Assembly (NCBI GenBank): GCA_963770835.1
Contig: CAVYRH010000004.1
Coordinates: 352,001-416,000, forward strand
Length of the DNA: 64,000 nucleotides
From: an uncultured Pseudomonadota bacterium
GTDB taxonomy: Bacteria; Oederibacteriota; Muellerivitia; Muellerivitales; Muellerivitaceae
Direction: 5' to 3'
Shown: positions 1-9,892 of the stretch, one piece after another
Position numbering within the stretch: the first letter of the stretch is position 1
How the letters are laid out: each line of letters begins with the position of its first letter
Program-made: the position numbers and the translations under genes
The notes under the pieces: model-generated
Database searches by the model: none
Seen by the model: only the letters and a program-made list of their open reading frames with translations
What the model was told of the DNA's origin: nothing

Positions 1-378
1 TCCCTCACCCTGGGCCTTCCCCTGGCTGGCCAGGCCGTGCCACTACTGTTGGGTTGGCTTGTTGTCATGGTTTGGGTCTCCCGCCGGGCTATGTTTAAAA
101 GACTGGTGAAGTAATTCCCCATCAGATTTTCCTCCAAACTTTTTCAGAAAAACCGCCGCGTTCCCCCAAAAATGCATCCTGGAATTATTCAACGAAACGA
201 AAGGGGTTATACCTTTTGTTTCACCGCTAAAACGCATGTAAAAATTTCCGGCTACCCTAAACCGTTGGTTTAGGGTTTTCCCCAAATTGTGGTTCCACCG
301 GCTATAGGTTACTGCTCCTCTCGCCTAAAATAATTTCCGTCGTCCCTGTTTAATTCATTCCCGCGTGAGACGGAAGCC

Positions 379-3267
379 ATGAAACGCAAAATTGCGGTCC
401 AAGTCCTCTTGCTGGCGGCCTTGGCGCTCCTGTGGTTCTTTGGGTTAGGGGCGGGTTCAGCCAAGCCAGGGCCTTCCTTCCCCGCAAACCGGAAAACCCA
501 CTCCCTCGCCTGGGACCGGCCCGCTCAACGGCGGATCAATTTCGGCCAACTGCCCTTGGCCTTTGAGCCGAATCAGGGCCAGACCGATTCCCAAGTCCAA
601 TACCTGGCCCGTGGAAGGGGATACTCCCTTTTTATCGCCTCAGGTGAAGCCGTCCTGACCCTGGAAAAGTCATCCATTCCTTCCGCCCCTTCCCGCGGGC
701 CTCAGCGGCGGTTCCCCGCGTTTTGGAACAGGCCCCATCCCCTTCCTGGAGCCCGATCCGTCCTGCGGCTTCGGTTGCAAGAGTCGGTGACGGAAGGAAT
801 TTTCGAGGGCCGGAATCCTCTTCCTGGTTTCAGTAATTATTTCCTGGGAAAGAACCCCTCGCGCTGGCGAAGTCATATCCCCCAATATGGAGAGGTCCTG
901 GCCTCTGGGGTTTATCCGGGCGTGGACATGGACTATCACGGGACCCAGGGAAAACTGGAGTACGACTTCGTTGTCCGGCCCGGGGGCGATCCGGCTTCCA
1001 TTCACCTTCAATATGAAGGGGTCCAGAACGCTCAGGTGAACCCAGGAGGGGATTTAGAGTTGGGGACCGCCCAAGGCACCGTTCGTTTTCTCGCCCCCCG
1101 GGTTTACCAGGAAAGCCAGGGCCAAAAGACGGCCGTGGAGGGCCGCTACCGCCTGGAAGAGGGGGGGCGGATAGGCTTTGAGCTGGGGAATTACGACCGG
1201 ACCCTGCCCGTGGTGATCGACCCGGTGCTGGATTATTCCACTTATTGGGGGGGAAGCGGCGGGGACGTGGGGATGGGCATCGCCCTGGACTCCAACGGGA
1301 ACGCCTATGGGACGGGTTACACCACCTCCGCCGATTTTCCCGTGACCAACGCGGCCCAAACGGTCCTTGGGGGGGCTCAAAACGCCTTTGTAGACGAAAT
1401 CGACGCGACCGGAACCGTCCTGCTTTATTCCACCTACCTGGGCGGCAGCGGAACGGACCAGGCCAACGGCATCGAAGTAGACGCGGGAGGCGCCGCTTAT
1501 ATCGTGGGCACCACCAACTCCGCGGATTTCCCCGTGACCAACGCACTGCGGGCTACCCTTTCCAACGGTTATGACAACGCTTTCGCCGCCGAGCTGGCAT
1601 CGGGCGGAGGGGCCCTGGTTTTTTCCACCTACCTGGGTGGAAGCGGCAGCGCGGCCAACACTTCCGGCGACTACGGGCAGGCCTTGGCCCTGGATTCGGC
1701 CGGGGCCGTTTACTTGGGCGGCTACACTTATTCCGCTGATTTTCCCATGACCAACGCCTTCCAGACCGGCTTGAACGGCATCATCAATGGTTTCATCACG
1801 AAGCTCAATCCCCAAGGCGTGGGCATGGCTTATTCCACTTACCTGGGTGGCTCGAACCAGGACGGATGTTTCGGAATCGCGGTGGACGCTTCGGGCAACG
1901 CCTATATCACGGGTGTGGCCACTTCCGCCAATTTTCCCGTGACCAATGCCGCCGGCTTGGACGCCGCCTTCGGCGGAAACCAAAACGCCTTCGCGGCGGA
2001 AATCAACGCCGGGGACACGGCCCTCGTTTATTCCACCTACTTGGGGGGGAGCGGGACCGACCTGGGTAACGGCATCGCCGTGGATCCGCAATCCAACGCC
2101 TATGTGGCGGGATACACCAGCTCGGCCAATTTTCCCGTCACCAACGCGGTGCAATCCTCCCTGTCCAACACTAGCGCCAACGCCTTCCTGACCGAGGTGG
2201 CGGCGGGAGGAGCCAGCTTCGTTTATTCCACCTACCTGGGCGGCAGCGGCAACGCCAACGGTTACGGCGACTACGCGCTGGCCGTGGCCGTGAACAGCCA
2301 GGGCGACGCCTACGTGGCGGGTTACACGGGCTCGCTGAATTTTCCGAACCTCAACGCCGTCCAAACGGCCAACAACAGCCCCGACGCAAACTGCTTTATC
2401 ACCCAAATGGCGGCGGGAGGGACGGGGCTGGTTTATTCCACCTTCCTGGGCGGGAGCGTTTTCGACGAAGCCAACGGCCTGGCGGTAGACAACAACGGGG
2501 ACGCCTACGTGACCGGCACGACCTATTCCACGGATTTTCCCGTGACCGCCATCCCTCCGCAGGCCGGCCTGTTGGGGACCAACAACTCCTTCCTCGCGGA
2601 AATTTCCCAACCCCTTCCGCCTACGGCCACGCCGACCCCCACGAATACGGCGACAGCAACATCCACCTGCACCCCCACGGCCACCCTTACGAACAGTCCG
2701 ACCCTCACCTCGAGCCCGACTTCCACGGATACTCCCACGATCACTGCCACCTTTACGCCGACCAACACGGGCACCCTGGAGCCGACCCCCACTCCCTCGC
2801 CTAGCGACACGCCGACGATGACTCCCACCCCCACGCCCACCGGTACGCCGACGACAACCTCCACTTCCACGGCAACCTTCACCGTGACGTCCACGGTGAC
2901 TTGGACTTCCACCAAGACGCCGACCGCCAGCCCCACCGTCTCGGCCACGCCCACTCCCAGCGCCACCGCCATGGTTTCAACCGTGACTATTGGGAACCCT
3001 TACCCCAACCCCGTTTCTGGGACGGCAACCGTTTCGATTCCAGTTCTGGCTCCCACGGGTTCAATGGCCAAGTGGACGGTTTATACCACCGCCTTCCGGA
3101 AAATTTTTGATCAGACCCGGGCTATTCCCGGAAACAACGGCGTTTTATCTTGGGACCTGCGGGATACCTGGGGCAATCCCGTGGCCAACGGACTTTACTA
3201 TGTTCAAGTCGAAGTGAAGGGCTTGATCCATGGAACTAAAATTTTGAAGGTTTTAGTGCTTCGTTGA
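379..3267 (+). CDS. Secreted SBBP (beta-propeller) repeat protein with Thr/Pro linker and C-terminal FlgD-Ig/T9SS-like sorting domain
   Basis: Signal peptide; FEPNQGQ N-terminal domain; repeated YSTYLGGSG.D...IAVD..GNAY.TG.T.S..FP units; TPT linker; PYPNP...ANGLYY...KVLVLR tail. Confidence 0.9.
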   Translation: MKRKIAVQVLLLAALALLWFFGLGAGSAKPGPSFPANRKTHSLAWDRPAQRRINFGQLPLAFEPNQGQTDSQVQYLARGRGYSLFIASGEAVLTLEKSSIPSAPSRGPQRRFPAFWNRPHPLPGARSVLRLRLQESVTEGIFEGRNPLPGFSNYFLGKNPSRWRSHIPQYGEVLASGVYPGVDMDYHGTQGKLEYDFVVRPGGDPASIHLQYEGVQNAQVNPGGDLELGTAQGTVRFLAPRVYQESQGQKTAVEGRYRLEEGGRIGFELGNYDRTLPVVIDPVLDYSTYWGGSGGDVGMGIALDSNGNAYGTGYTTSADFPVTNAAQTVLGGAQNAFVDEIDATGTVLLYSTYLGGSGTDQANGIEVDAGGAAYIVGTTNSADFPVTNALRATLSNGYDNAFAAELASGGGALVFSTYLGGSGSAANTSGDYGQALALDSAGAVYLGGYTYSADFPMTNAFQTGLNGIINGFITKLNPQGVGMAYSTYLGGSNQDGCFGIAVDASGNAYITGVATSANFPVTNAAGLDAAFGGNQNAFAAEINAGDTALVYSTYLGGSGTDLGNGIAVDPQSNAYVAGYTSSANFPVTNAVQSSLSNTSANAFLTEVAAGGASFVYSTYLGGSGNANGYGDYALAVAVNSQGDAYVAGYTGSLNFPNLNAVQTANNSPDANCFITQMAAGGTGLVYSTFLGGSVFDEANGLAVDNNGDAYVTGTTYSTDFPVTAIPPQAGLLGTNNSFLAEISQPLPPTATPTPTNTATATSTCTPTATLTNSPTLTSSPTSTDTPTITATFTPTNTGTLEPTPTPSPSDTPTMTPTPTPTGTPTTTSTSTATFTVTSTVTWTSTKTPTASPTVSATPTPSATAMVSTVTIGNPYPNPVSGTATVSIPVLAPTGSMAKWTVYTTAFRKIFDQTRAIPGNNGVLSWDLRDTWGNPVANGLYYVQVEVKGLIHGTKILKVLVLR

Positions 3268-3380
3268 TTTTCCCAAAGAAAGAAGTGCTTTTCTTTCCAA
3301 GAGGAACATCGCTTTTGGCGAACGAACACCGCCATTTTCCGGCCTTCTATTGGTATAATCTTCTCCTGTTTAGATAAATT

Positions 3381-4551
3381 GTAACCTCTGAAAAACTCCC
3401 TGTTTTGGTTTGAAACTCTTCTCACCAGGGTTTTCAACCCCGCTTGGAGATGTTTTTGTTTCTCCAAAGGTGTTGCACTTACTCCTAGAACTCCTTTTTC
3501 GACCCTTCTTGCGTCATCTGCCTCTGAAAAAACTCCCCTTAGCTCAGGCCGCCGCCAACTTTACGGCTCTTTTCCCATTAAATGCGATGCCACAGATCAA
3601 CACCCAAATCTTGTTTCGGGCCATCCCGTAGTACCTCATTCGTCCCATCGAACACCACCGCTTCAAGGTACTCATTGTCGCCTCGATCCCGCACCTCACA
3701 CGGCCCCAAACCTTGTTTTGCTTTAATTGCCTCTGGGTCAGCTTCTGTCCCCGCCAAACACGATGTAACACTCGATTCCGAATCCCTCGTTCCTCCAAAT
3801 ATTCATCGTGTTGCGCCGACCGGTAAGCCTTGTCAGCAAATGCCTGTTCTACCCCGCGAGGAACCATGTCTTTGAAATGTTCGTGATCGTGTTCCTCAAT
3901 ATGACTTAGATCCATCTTTCGAATCAGGCCGCTTTTCTCGTCCTGACCCACATGAACCTTCATCCCATCCACGGCTTTTCCTTGCCGGGAGGTGTAATGA
4001 ACATCTTCATCCACCGGCTTTCCCTCTTGATCCTTGGATTCCGGTTTACAGGCTCCTTCCACCAGGGTGGAGTCCACAATGGCCCCTTTCTTGACCAAAA
4101 GTCCTTTGCGATCTAAACCCTGTTGCACGGCCCCCCAAACCCGGTCTATCAAACCGGCTTCCCGGAGTCTTTCCCGAAACTTCACCAAAGTGGTGTCGTC
4201 GACGTGGTACTCTCGCACCCCTTCACCCACGAACCGCTCAAAACTGCGCCGGTCGTGGATTTCTTGGACTACTTCCACATCCGACAGGCCGTACCAGGAT
4301 TCCAGCAAAAGGCATTTAAACAAGATCAAAGGCGGGATGGGAGGTCTCCCCGTGTTGCCCCGGTACATTTCCATCAGCAATTTCTCGATCTTCGGAAAGT
4401 CCAGAACCTTATCCACTTCCTCTAGCATGGTCTTTTTGAGTCGCCGGTTCTTGTCCTCGTACATCCCGAAGCTGATTTGCATGGAATCCCTCCGTCTGGA
4501 ATGCTGCTATTATATTTCAGCATTTAGACGAAGGAGTTTTTCAGAGGTTAC
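3381..4551 (-). mobile_element. IS5-family insertion sequence, 1171 bp
   Basis: Perfect 19-bp terminal inverted repeats GTAACCTCTGAAAAACTCC (3381-3399 / 4533-4551), flanked by direct repeat AAATT (3376-3380 / 4552-4556); encloses the transposase. Confidence 0.92.
3544..4482 (-). CDS. IS5-family DDE transposase
   Basis: N-terminal GRPP..LSD..D..SF..F domain; IVDST, GxKxH, ADKAY, RxxIE motifs. Confidence 0.93.
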   Translation of the reverse strand: MQISFGMYEDKNRRLKKTMLEEVDKVLDFPKIEKLLMEMYRGNTGRPPIPPLILFKCLLLESWYGLSDVEVVQEIHDRRSFERFVGEGVREYHVDDTTLVKFRERLREAGLIDRVWGAVQQGLDRKGLLVKKGAIVDSTLVEGACKPESKDQEGKPVDEDVHYTSRQGKAVDGMKVHVGQDEKSGLIRKMDLSHIEEHDHEHFKDMVPRGVEQAFADKAYRSAQHDEYLEERGIRNRVLHRVWRGQKLTQRQLKQNKVWGRVRCGIEATMSTLKRWCSMGRMRYYGMARNKIWVLICGIAFNGKRAVKLAAA

Positions 4552-4594
4552 AAATTGATTTATTGAATTAAGTCCGCATTATGGAGCGCAACCT

Positions 4595-5518
4595 ATGAAA
4601 AATTTCGTGCGTTTTAAAACATTAGTCCCGTTGACTCTTCTCGTTCTATTGCCTTTGGCTTGCACCCAAACCTATTCCGTGAATCCCGTGTCGCCTTCTG
4701 CCGGGGCGAATGCCACGAACACCCCAGGCGGCCCCGGGCCCAGCCCCACATTCACCTATACTCCGGGGGGGCCTGTGCCAACCGCTACTTTTACACCTGT
4801 GGTTCCGACGGCCACCCACACTCCCAATCCCACTTCCACCTTCACCCCTTCCAGGGGGACTCCCACCTACTCCCCTACGCCCAGCGGCACCTTCACTCCG
4901 CCCATGGGCCTTTGGGTGGTAGGAGCCTACGTGGACGCCTTGGAAAACCTCTCGATCAGCGGTATCTCCTATTCCGTCACCCTGAACGGCGTGACGGTCG
5001 ATATCTCGGTCAATCACAACGCGGAAACCACAGATGGGGTCACCTTCATCACTCCCTTGAACGGATCCATCCCTGTTACCTACACTGCTACAGCCAACAT
5101 GGGCACCTATTCCTACGCCGAGTACACCACGGCCGTCTCCTGGGTGTATGTGGTTAATGATAGTTACTCCCTTGCCGTTTCCAGCTCACTGGGCACGGCC
5201 ACGGCCAGCGTCAACGCCCCGGGTGATATCACGATTGCCTCCAACGGTTCCACCGCCAGCGCTGTTTATCCCGGCACTTACCAAGCTGCGGTAGTGGAAA
5301 GCGCCTCCACCGGCGTCACCACCTATGTTTCCCCCACGGGAACAAGCGTCGGGTCGCCCTATACCTATCCCTCTTCGGCTTATCCTTATTCCTCGCCCGC
5401 CACTTATTACACGGCCTATAGCGCGGGCGTGACGGACTTTAGCGTCACGGGCCCCAATGTGGCCGCGGGTTCAGCCTGGGTGGGAGACCAGGTAGTGGTC
5501 GACACTACCAACCGATGA
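4595..5518 (+). CDS. Lipoprotein with Thr/Pro linker and uncharacterised beta-rich domain
   Basis: Lipobox LPLAC; TPT linker; C-terminal domain resembles the 7113-7889 and 62923 products. Confidence 0.8.
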   Translation: MKNFVRFKTLVPLTLLVLLPLACTQTYSVNPVSPSAGANATNTPGGPGPSPTFTYTPGGPVPTATFTPVVPTATHTPNPTSTFTPSRGTPTYSPTPSGTFTPPMGLWVVGAYVDALENLSISGISYSVTLNGVTVDISVNHNAETTDGVTFITPLNGSIPVTYTATANMGTYSYAEYTTAVSWVYVVNDSYSLAVSSSLGTATASVNAPGDITIASNGSTASAVYPGTYQAAVVESASTGVTTYVSPTGTSVGSPYTYPSSAYPYSSPATYYTAYSAGVTDFSVTGPNVAAGSAWVGDQVVVDTTNR

Positions 5519-5632
5519 GCGACACCTCCACTGCGGGGGCCGGTGGTTGGTAAATGGTTTCCTTTGAGCCGCTTCAACCTTTTTGATAGACTAACGGCGT
5601 CTGTTCGATCCCCCTAATGTAGGAAACGTTAT

Positions 5633-7048
5633 ATGCGCCCCATTTGCTTTGCCGCCGTCGTCTTATTCGGTACGCTTATTATTCTTAGTTCCTCCACAGC
5701 TTCAGCTTTTACCTCTTCTGATTACTACAACGCCGGGCTCCAGCTTTATAACGCCCAAAACTACGGCCAGGCCATCCAGTATTTCAGCGCGGCCATCCAA
5801 ATGGATCCCAACAACACCGCGGCCCTGCAGGGGCGAGCCAATTGCTATTACACCCAGGGCCAGTACCAGCAGGCGCTCGATGATTACCAAAAAGTGCAGG
5901 CCCTCCAGCCCAATCCCCAATTGGCTTCCATGATCCAAGCCCTGCAGGCCAAGGTGGGGGCCGGAACTTCCGCCGCGCCGCCGCCGGTTCCCGGCGCAAC
6001 CACCAGTGATTCCTTCGCCCAGGGAACGGCCCTGTACCAACAAAGGCAATATGCGCAAGCCATTCCCATGTTCCAAAAAGCCACACAGGAAAACCCCAAG
6101 AACTCGAACGCTTACTATTACTTGGGGGTTTGCCAGATGCAATTAGGGGATATGAAGGACGCGGCCGTGGCCCTAGGGATTTCCAACAGGATCAACCCGA
6201 ACCCATCCGTGGAAAACTACGTGAACGCGCTCAAGGCCAGGTTGTCGCCGGATGACCAGCAATGGGTGGACGGCCAGATTACGGCTTCCGCCACCGCCTC
6301 AGCGGCTGGTATTTCGGCCCCCGCCTCCTCCAAGAATTTCGGAATCCGATTCGAGCCGGCTATCGTGTTGCCCGGTTTGGGGGATTTCAACGCCGAAGCC
6401 CAGTCCGAGCAGGCCGCCGCCAAGGCCCAGCAAAGCTCCGACCCGAGCCTCACCTATTCGGCATCCGTGCCGGCCGGATATCCCAATATCGCCATCGAGC
6501 CCGTCTATAAGATCAGCCCCCAATTCGAGCTGGGCCTGCCTATCGCATTGGGCATGGTCGGAACTTTCACGGAAAGCAGCGGGGACGGTTCTTCGCAAGG
6601 AACGACGTTCACCTTCACGACGAGCGCCTTTTCCCTGGGGATCAACGGAAGATACCTTCTTTCGTTGGGCAGGGACATGGACCTGTTCGTGGCCGGGGGC
6701 CCCTTGCTGGTCCCGGTCAGCATGAACGTAACGTCCACGGATACGGGCGCCAACATCAATTTATCGGCCGTCGGATTCGGGGGGCAGCTGCAATTGGGGA
6801 TGGACTACCAGCTGGCGGACGGCTTCACGGTGGGGCCCTTCGCCGGGTTCCAGTTCGTCAGCGCCAGCGGCTTCACCGGAACCTACCAGGGACAGAACGC
6901 CGAGCTTTATTTTTATTCAAACCCACCGACAGGCCAAGCCCGGCTTGTCACGTCCGGGCCGCCCGGTTCGCCGCCTCAGGGGGCAAGGCCGCTGGTCGTG
7001 GACCTTAGCGGACCCTTCGCGGGCCTCCAGATAGCGGCTTTTTTCTAA
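5633..7048 (+). CDS. Secreted TPR protein with C-terminal outer-membrane beta-barrel-like domain
   Basis: Signal peptide; two TPR clusters; amphipathic beta strands and terminal Phe. Confidence 0.8.
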   Translation: MRPICFAAVVLFGTLIILSSSTASAFTSSDYYNAGLQLYNAQNYGQAIQYFSAAIQMDPNNTAALQGRANCYYTQGQYQQALDDYQKVQALQPNPQLASMIQALQAKVGAGTSAAPPPVPGATTSDSFAQGTALYQQRQYAQAIPMFQKATQENPKNSNAYYYLGVCQMQLGDMKDAAVALGISNRINPNPSVENYVNALKARLSPDDQQWVDGQITASATASAAGISAPASSKNFGIRFEPAIVLPGLGDFNAEAQSEQAAAKAQQSSDPSLTYSASVPAGYPNIAIEPVYKISPQFELGLPIALGMVGTFTESSGDGSSQGTTFTFTTSAFSLGINGRYLLSLGRDMDLFVAGGPLLVPVSMNVTSTDTGANINLSAVGFGGQLQLGMDYQLADGFTVGPFAGFQFVSASGFTGTYQGQNAELYFYSNPPTGQARLVTSGPPGSPPQGARPLVVDLSGPFAGLQIAAFF

Positions 7049-7112
7049 ATCGTTCTTAAACCTACTGGCTTTGCCCGTTTTTCCAAAAATCCCCGCTTAT
7101 TTCAAGGACCCT

Positions 7113-7889
7113 CTATTTTGTGACGTAGATTTGATTCAGATTGTAAAACTCACAAAGGCCCGCGCCTCCCGTGATATTGGTGGTGTAGTTTGCCCGTTCC
7201 AGGGCGAAAAGGTAACTACCTGACGTAGGATAGGCGGAATTGGGCACGAGAAAAGGCGAAGAAATTTGGCCACAGTTACCGGATAAATAGGTCAGGCTAA
7301 AAGAGCTGTTGTACACCTGGACCGAAGTGTTCATGGTGGGCCCTGTGAAAGTGGCGGCCGATCCGTCGGCAGCGAGGCTGCCGAGGTCCGGCATGGTCAA
7401 GCTGGCGTAAGCGGTTCCGGCGGAAGTCGTTGAGGTCAGGGTATAGGTGACCCCCGATGCCAGAACACCGGGCAATTGGTTTGACAGGTAATCAGAGTAA
7501 ACCGCCCCACTCTGGGTAACGGGTCCGTTATAGACAAGGGGAAGGGGCGACATGCCGTTTCCCGTGAGGGTTATACCCGCATTGGTAACTGCAACGCCGT
7601 TTACCGCCAAGTAAAGTTCCCCATAGAAATAAGGAGCACCACCGTAGTTCGATCCCTCGGCCACTCCGCCGACGGACCAGCAAATACCTGTCGTGCAAGG
7701 AACGGAATTGTAAAACGGACTGCAAGTGGGAGTGGAGGTAGGGGTACTACCCGAACCGGAGCCGGACGCAGTCAAAGGCGCCACCGAATAGGTCTTTTGG
7801 CAGGCTTGGGGAATGGCCAAGAGAAGGCTAACGGTCAGGAGAAGAAATAAACCCAGTGTTTTGCGCAAGGGCGACCTCGATAGAAACAC
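7113..7889 (-). CDS. Lipoprotein with uncharacterised beta-rich domain
   Basis: Lipobox-like PQAC; short TPT linker; paralogous domain. Confidence 0.75.
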   Translation of the reverse strand: MFLSRSPLRKTLGLFLLLTVSLLLAIPQACQKTYSVAPLTASGSGSGSTPTSTPTCSPFYNSVPCTTGICWSVGGVAEGSNYGGAPYFYGELYLAVNGVAVTNAGITLTGNGMSPLPLVYNGPVTQSGAVYSDYLSNQLPGVLASGVTYTLTSTTSAGTAYASLTMPDLGSLAADGSAATFTGPTMNTSVQVYNSSFSLTYLSGNCGQISSPFLVPNSAYPTSGSYLFALERANYTTNITGGAGLCEFYNLNQIYVTK

Positions 7890-8055
7890 TTTAAATACCG
7901 GTTTAATGAACCCCTGAATTATACCAGCCTACTACTTCTATCCGGGTCCATGAAAATCAATTGAACCCGCATGGATTAAGCTGGTTTTGAAGGGAAGATT
8001 TCATTTCCCTGTAATGAAATAGATGAAGTAACGGGTGAAAAGGGGGACGGGAAGT

Positions 8056-8847
8056 TTAAACGCCCACCGCCGCTTTCTTTTCCGTCAGGACGGACTCGAT
8101 GGCTTCCACGACCTGGGAAGCCGTGGCGGGTTTTGAGAGAAAATGAAGGTAGGGGTCGCTCCGAAAGGCCTCCCGCAGATCCCTCCGGGCGAAAGGAATC
8201 AACGCCAAGACCGGTTTGTACCTCATCATGGGGTATTTTTCCCGCATGACGTTCACGAAAACGGGGCCATCCATCCCCGGTATTTCCAAGTCCAGGACCA
8301 CCAGGTCCACGGTTTTGCGGGCCGTTTCCAACAACGCTTCCATCGCGTTGACCGCCTCCGAAACCGCCCAATCCGGATTTTTCTCCCCGATGGCCCGCTT
8401 GATGAAATGCCGCAGGGTGGGCGAATCTTCCACCAACAAAACGCGCCTTCCGAAGAAAGTGGCCTTCATGGAGGCCATGGACTCGGACACGGGATTCCGC
8501 ATCCTCGTCAAAAGCTCGATGAGGTCGGACCGTTTTTTTTTGGAAATGACCGCTTTGAGCCCCGAGTGGCCGGGGGCGTGGGGCAGGGTGTAAGGCTCCC
8601 GGTCGGTAAAAAGGATGACGGGCCTTTCAGCGGGGTTCAGGGTCTGCACCGGCATTTCGAGGCCCCAGCCCGGCAACAACCATTCGGTGACGGCGATGTC
8701 CACTTTCTCATGCCGCAGCACAGTTTGAACCTGGACGAGGCTTTCCGCCTCCAGGACCTTGAACCCAAGGCCCTCCAGGCGGATGGCCAGCAAGCGGCGG
8801 GCATCACGGGCTTCGTCTACGAGAAGTATGGTTTTGAGGATTTCCAT
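8056..8847 (-). CDS. Tandem-receiver response regulator (two REC domains)
   Basis: ILLVDE...DIAVTEWLLPG and VLLVED...DLVVLDLEIPGMDG...SKP. Confidence 0.85.
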   Translation of the reverse strand: MEILKTILLVDEARDARRLLAIRLEGLGFKVLEAESLVQVQTVLRHEKVDIAVTEWLLPGWGLEMPVQTLNPAERPVILFTDREPYTLPHAPGHSGLKAVISKKKRSDLIELLTRMRNPVSESMASMKATFFGRRVLLVEDSPTLRHFIKRAIGEKNPDWAVSEAVNAMEALLETARKTVDLVVLDLEIPGMDGPVFVNVMREKYPMMRYKPVLALIPFARRDLREAFRSDPYLHFLSKPATASQVVEAIESVLTEKKAAVGV

Positions 8848-9023
8848 GGGCGCCTTCCGAAAGGGAAATCAAACCCCTACTTGAAAGGTACATCCGGATT
8901 TTTTGCGAAGCAATCTTGAAAGCGGTGTTGAAAGCGGATTTCTTCAAACCGTGAAATTTCTACCCAGAAAATCAGCCGGCTTTTAGGCAAAAGAAAGGAG
9001 AATGACTGATAAGCGGCAGTGCT

Positions 9024-9797
9024 TTAATTTCCCGAAGGAGAACCCGGAGAAGGACCGGACGAAGTGCCGCTTTGGCCGGAAGAGGGATTGCCGCCCTGGG
9101 GAGAACCTTGGGAAGGCTGGCCGCCGTTGTGTCCCCCGTGGCCGCCCTGATGGCCTCCGTGCCCCCCATGAGAATCCCCTTGATAGCGCCCGGGGGCGCT
9201 GACGATGCTGCCGCTTCCATCCTGGCCCATGTCCTGGAGCACATTTCCTTGGGCGTCGCAGGCGTAGTATTCACCATCGACACAGGCCTGGATCAAATTT
9301 TTCTTCTGCCCGTCAGCCCGCCACCAAGAGCCCTGGTAATAGTAAAGCCAAAGCCCGGCAAAAGAGTCCTTCCACCAATAGCGGTGGCCCCGCCAGAGAA
9401 TCCAGTTGAAATTCTCCGTCCCGCCGCCCCAGCCGTACCAGTGGTTCCCCTCCGGATCCTTGAAATGGCAATAGTCGAGGCCTCCGCGATTGTGCCAATA
9501 GAAACGTCCGATCGAGGTCTCGGAAAGCTTAGCCCGTTGGACTTCCTCGAAAATGCCGGGGCTGGAAAAATGGTCCATCACAACCGGATCGGGTGGTTTG
9601 ATATTGATATCGAGGTCCAGGGTCTTTCCGTCAGACCCCTGGATGGGGCCGTCCGGGCAGGTCAAATCCCCCAGGGGAATCTTATCTTGGACGCGAAGGA
9701 AATAGGGCTGGTGGAGTTTGCGGGGCACAGGCGAGGTGTCCGCCCAAGAAACGCAGGCTGTGCCCAAAACAAGGCCGAGAATCCATAACTTTTTCAT
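9024..9797 (-). CDS. Secreted hypothetical protein, Trp/Tyr-rich core with Gly/His/Ser-rich tail
   Basis: Signal peptide MKKLWILGLVLGTACVSWA; low-complexity C-terminus; start uncertain (9812 possible). Confidence 0.7.
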   Translation of the reverse strand: MKKLWILGLVLGTACVSWADTSPVPRKLHQPYFLRVQDKIPLGDLTCPDGPIQGSDGKTLDLDINIKPPDPVVMDHFSSPGIFEEVQRAKLSETSIGRFYWHNRGGLDYCHFKDPEGNHWYGWGGGTENFNWILWRGHRYWWKDSFAGLWLYYYQGSWWRADGQKKNLIQACVDGEYYACDAQGNVLQDMGQDGSGSIVSAPGRYQGDSHGGHGGHQGGHGGHNGGQPSQGSPQGGNPSSGQSGTSSGPSPGSPSGN

Positions 9798-9892
9798 AAG
9801 AAGAACCTTCATAAACCCATTTTAACAGGTGTTTTCAAAACCCATTAGATTTTAGACGCGCGGTCCCTAAAGTTCACCCTCGGATTTGGTTT

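Noticed and set aside
1054..2610. Long antisense ORFs (also 15274-16566, 16755-17930, 41482-43368, 50430-51710)
   Set aside because: Shadows of GC3-biased real genes on the opposite strand
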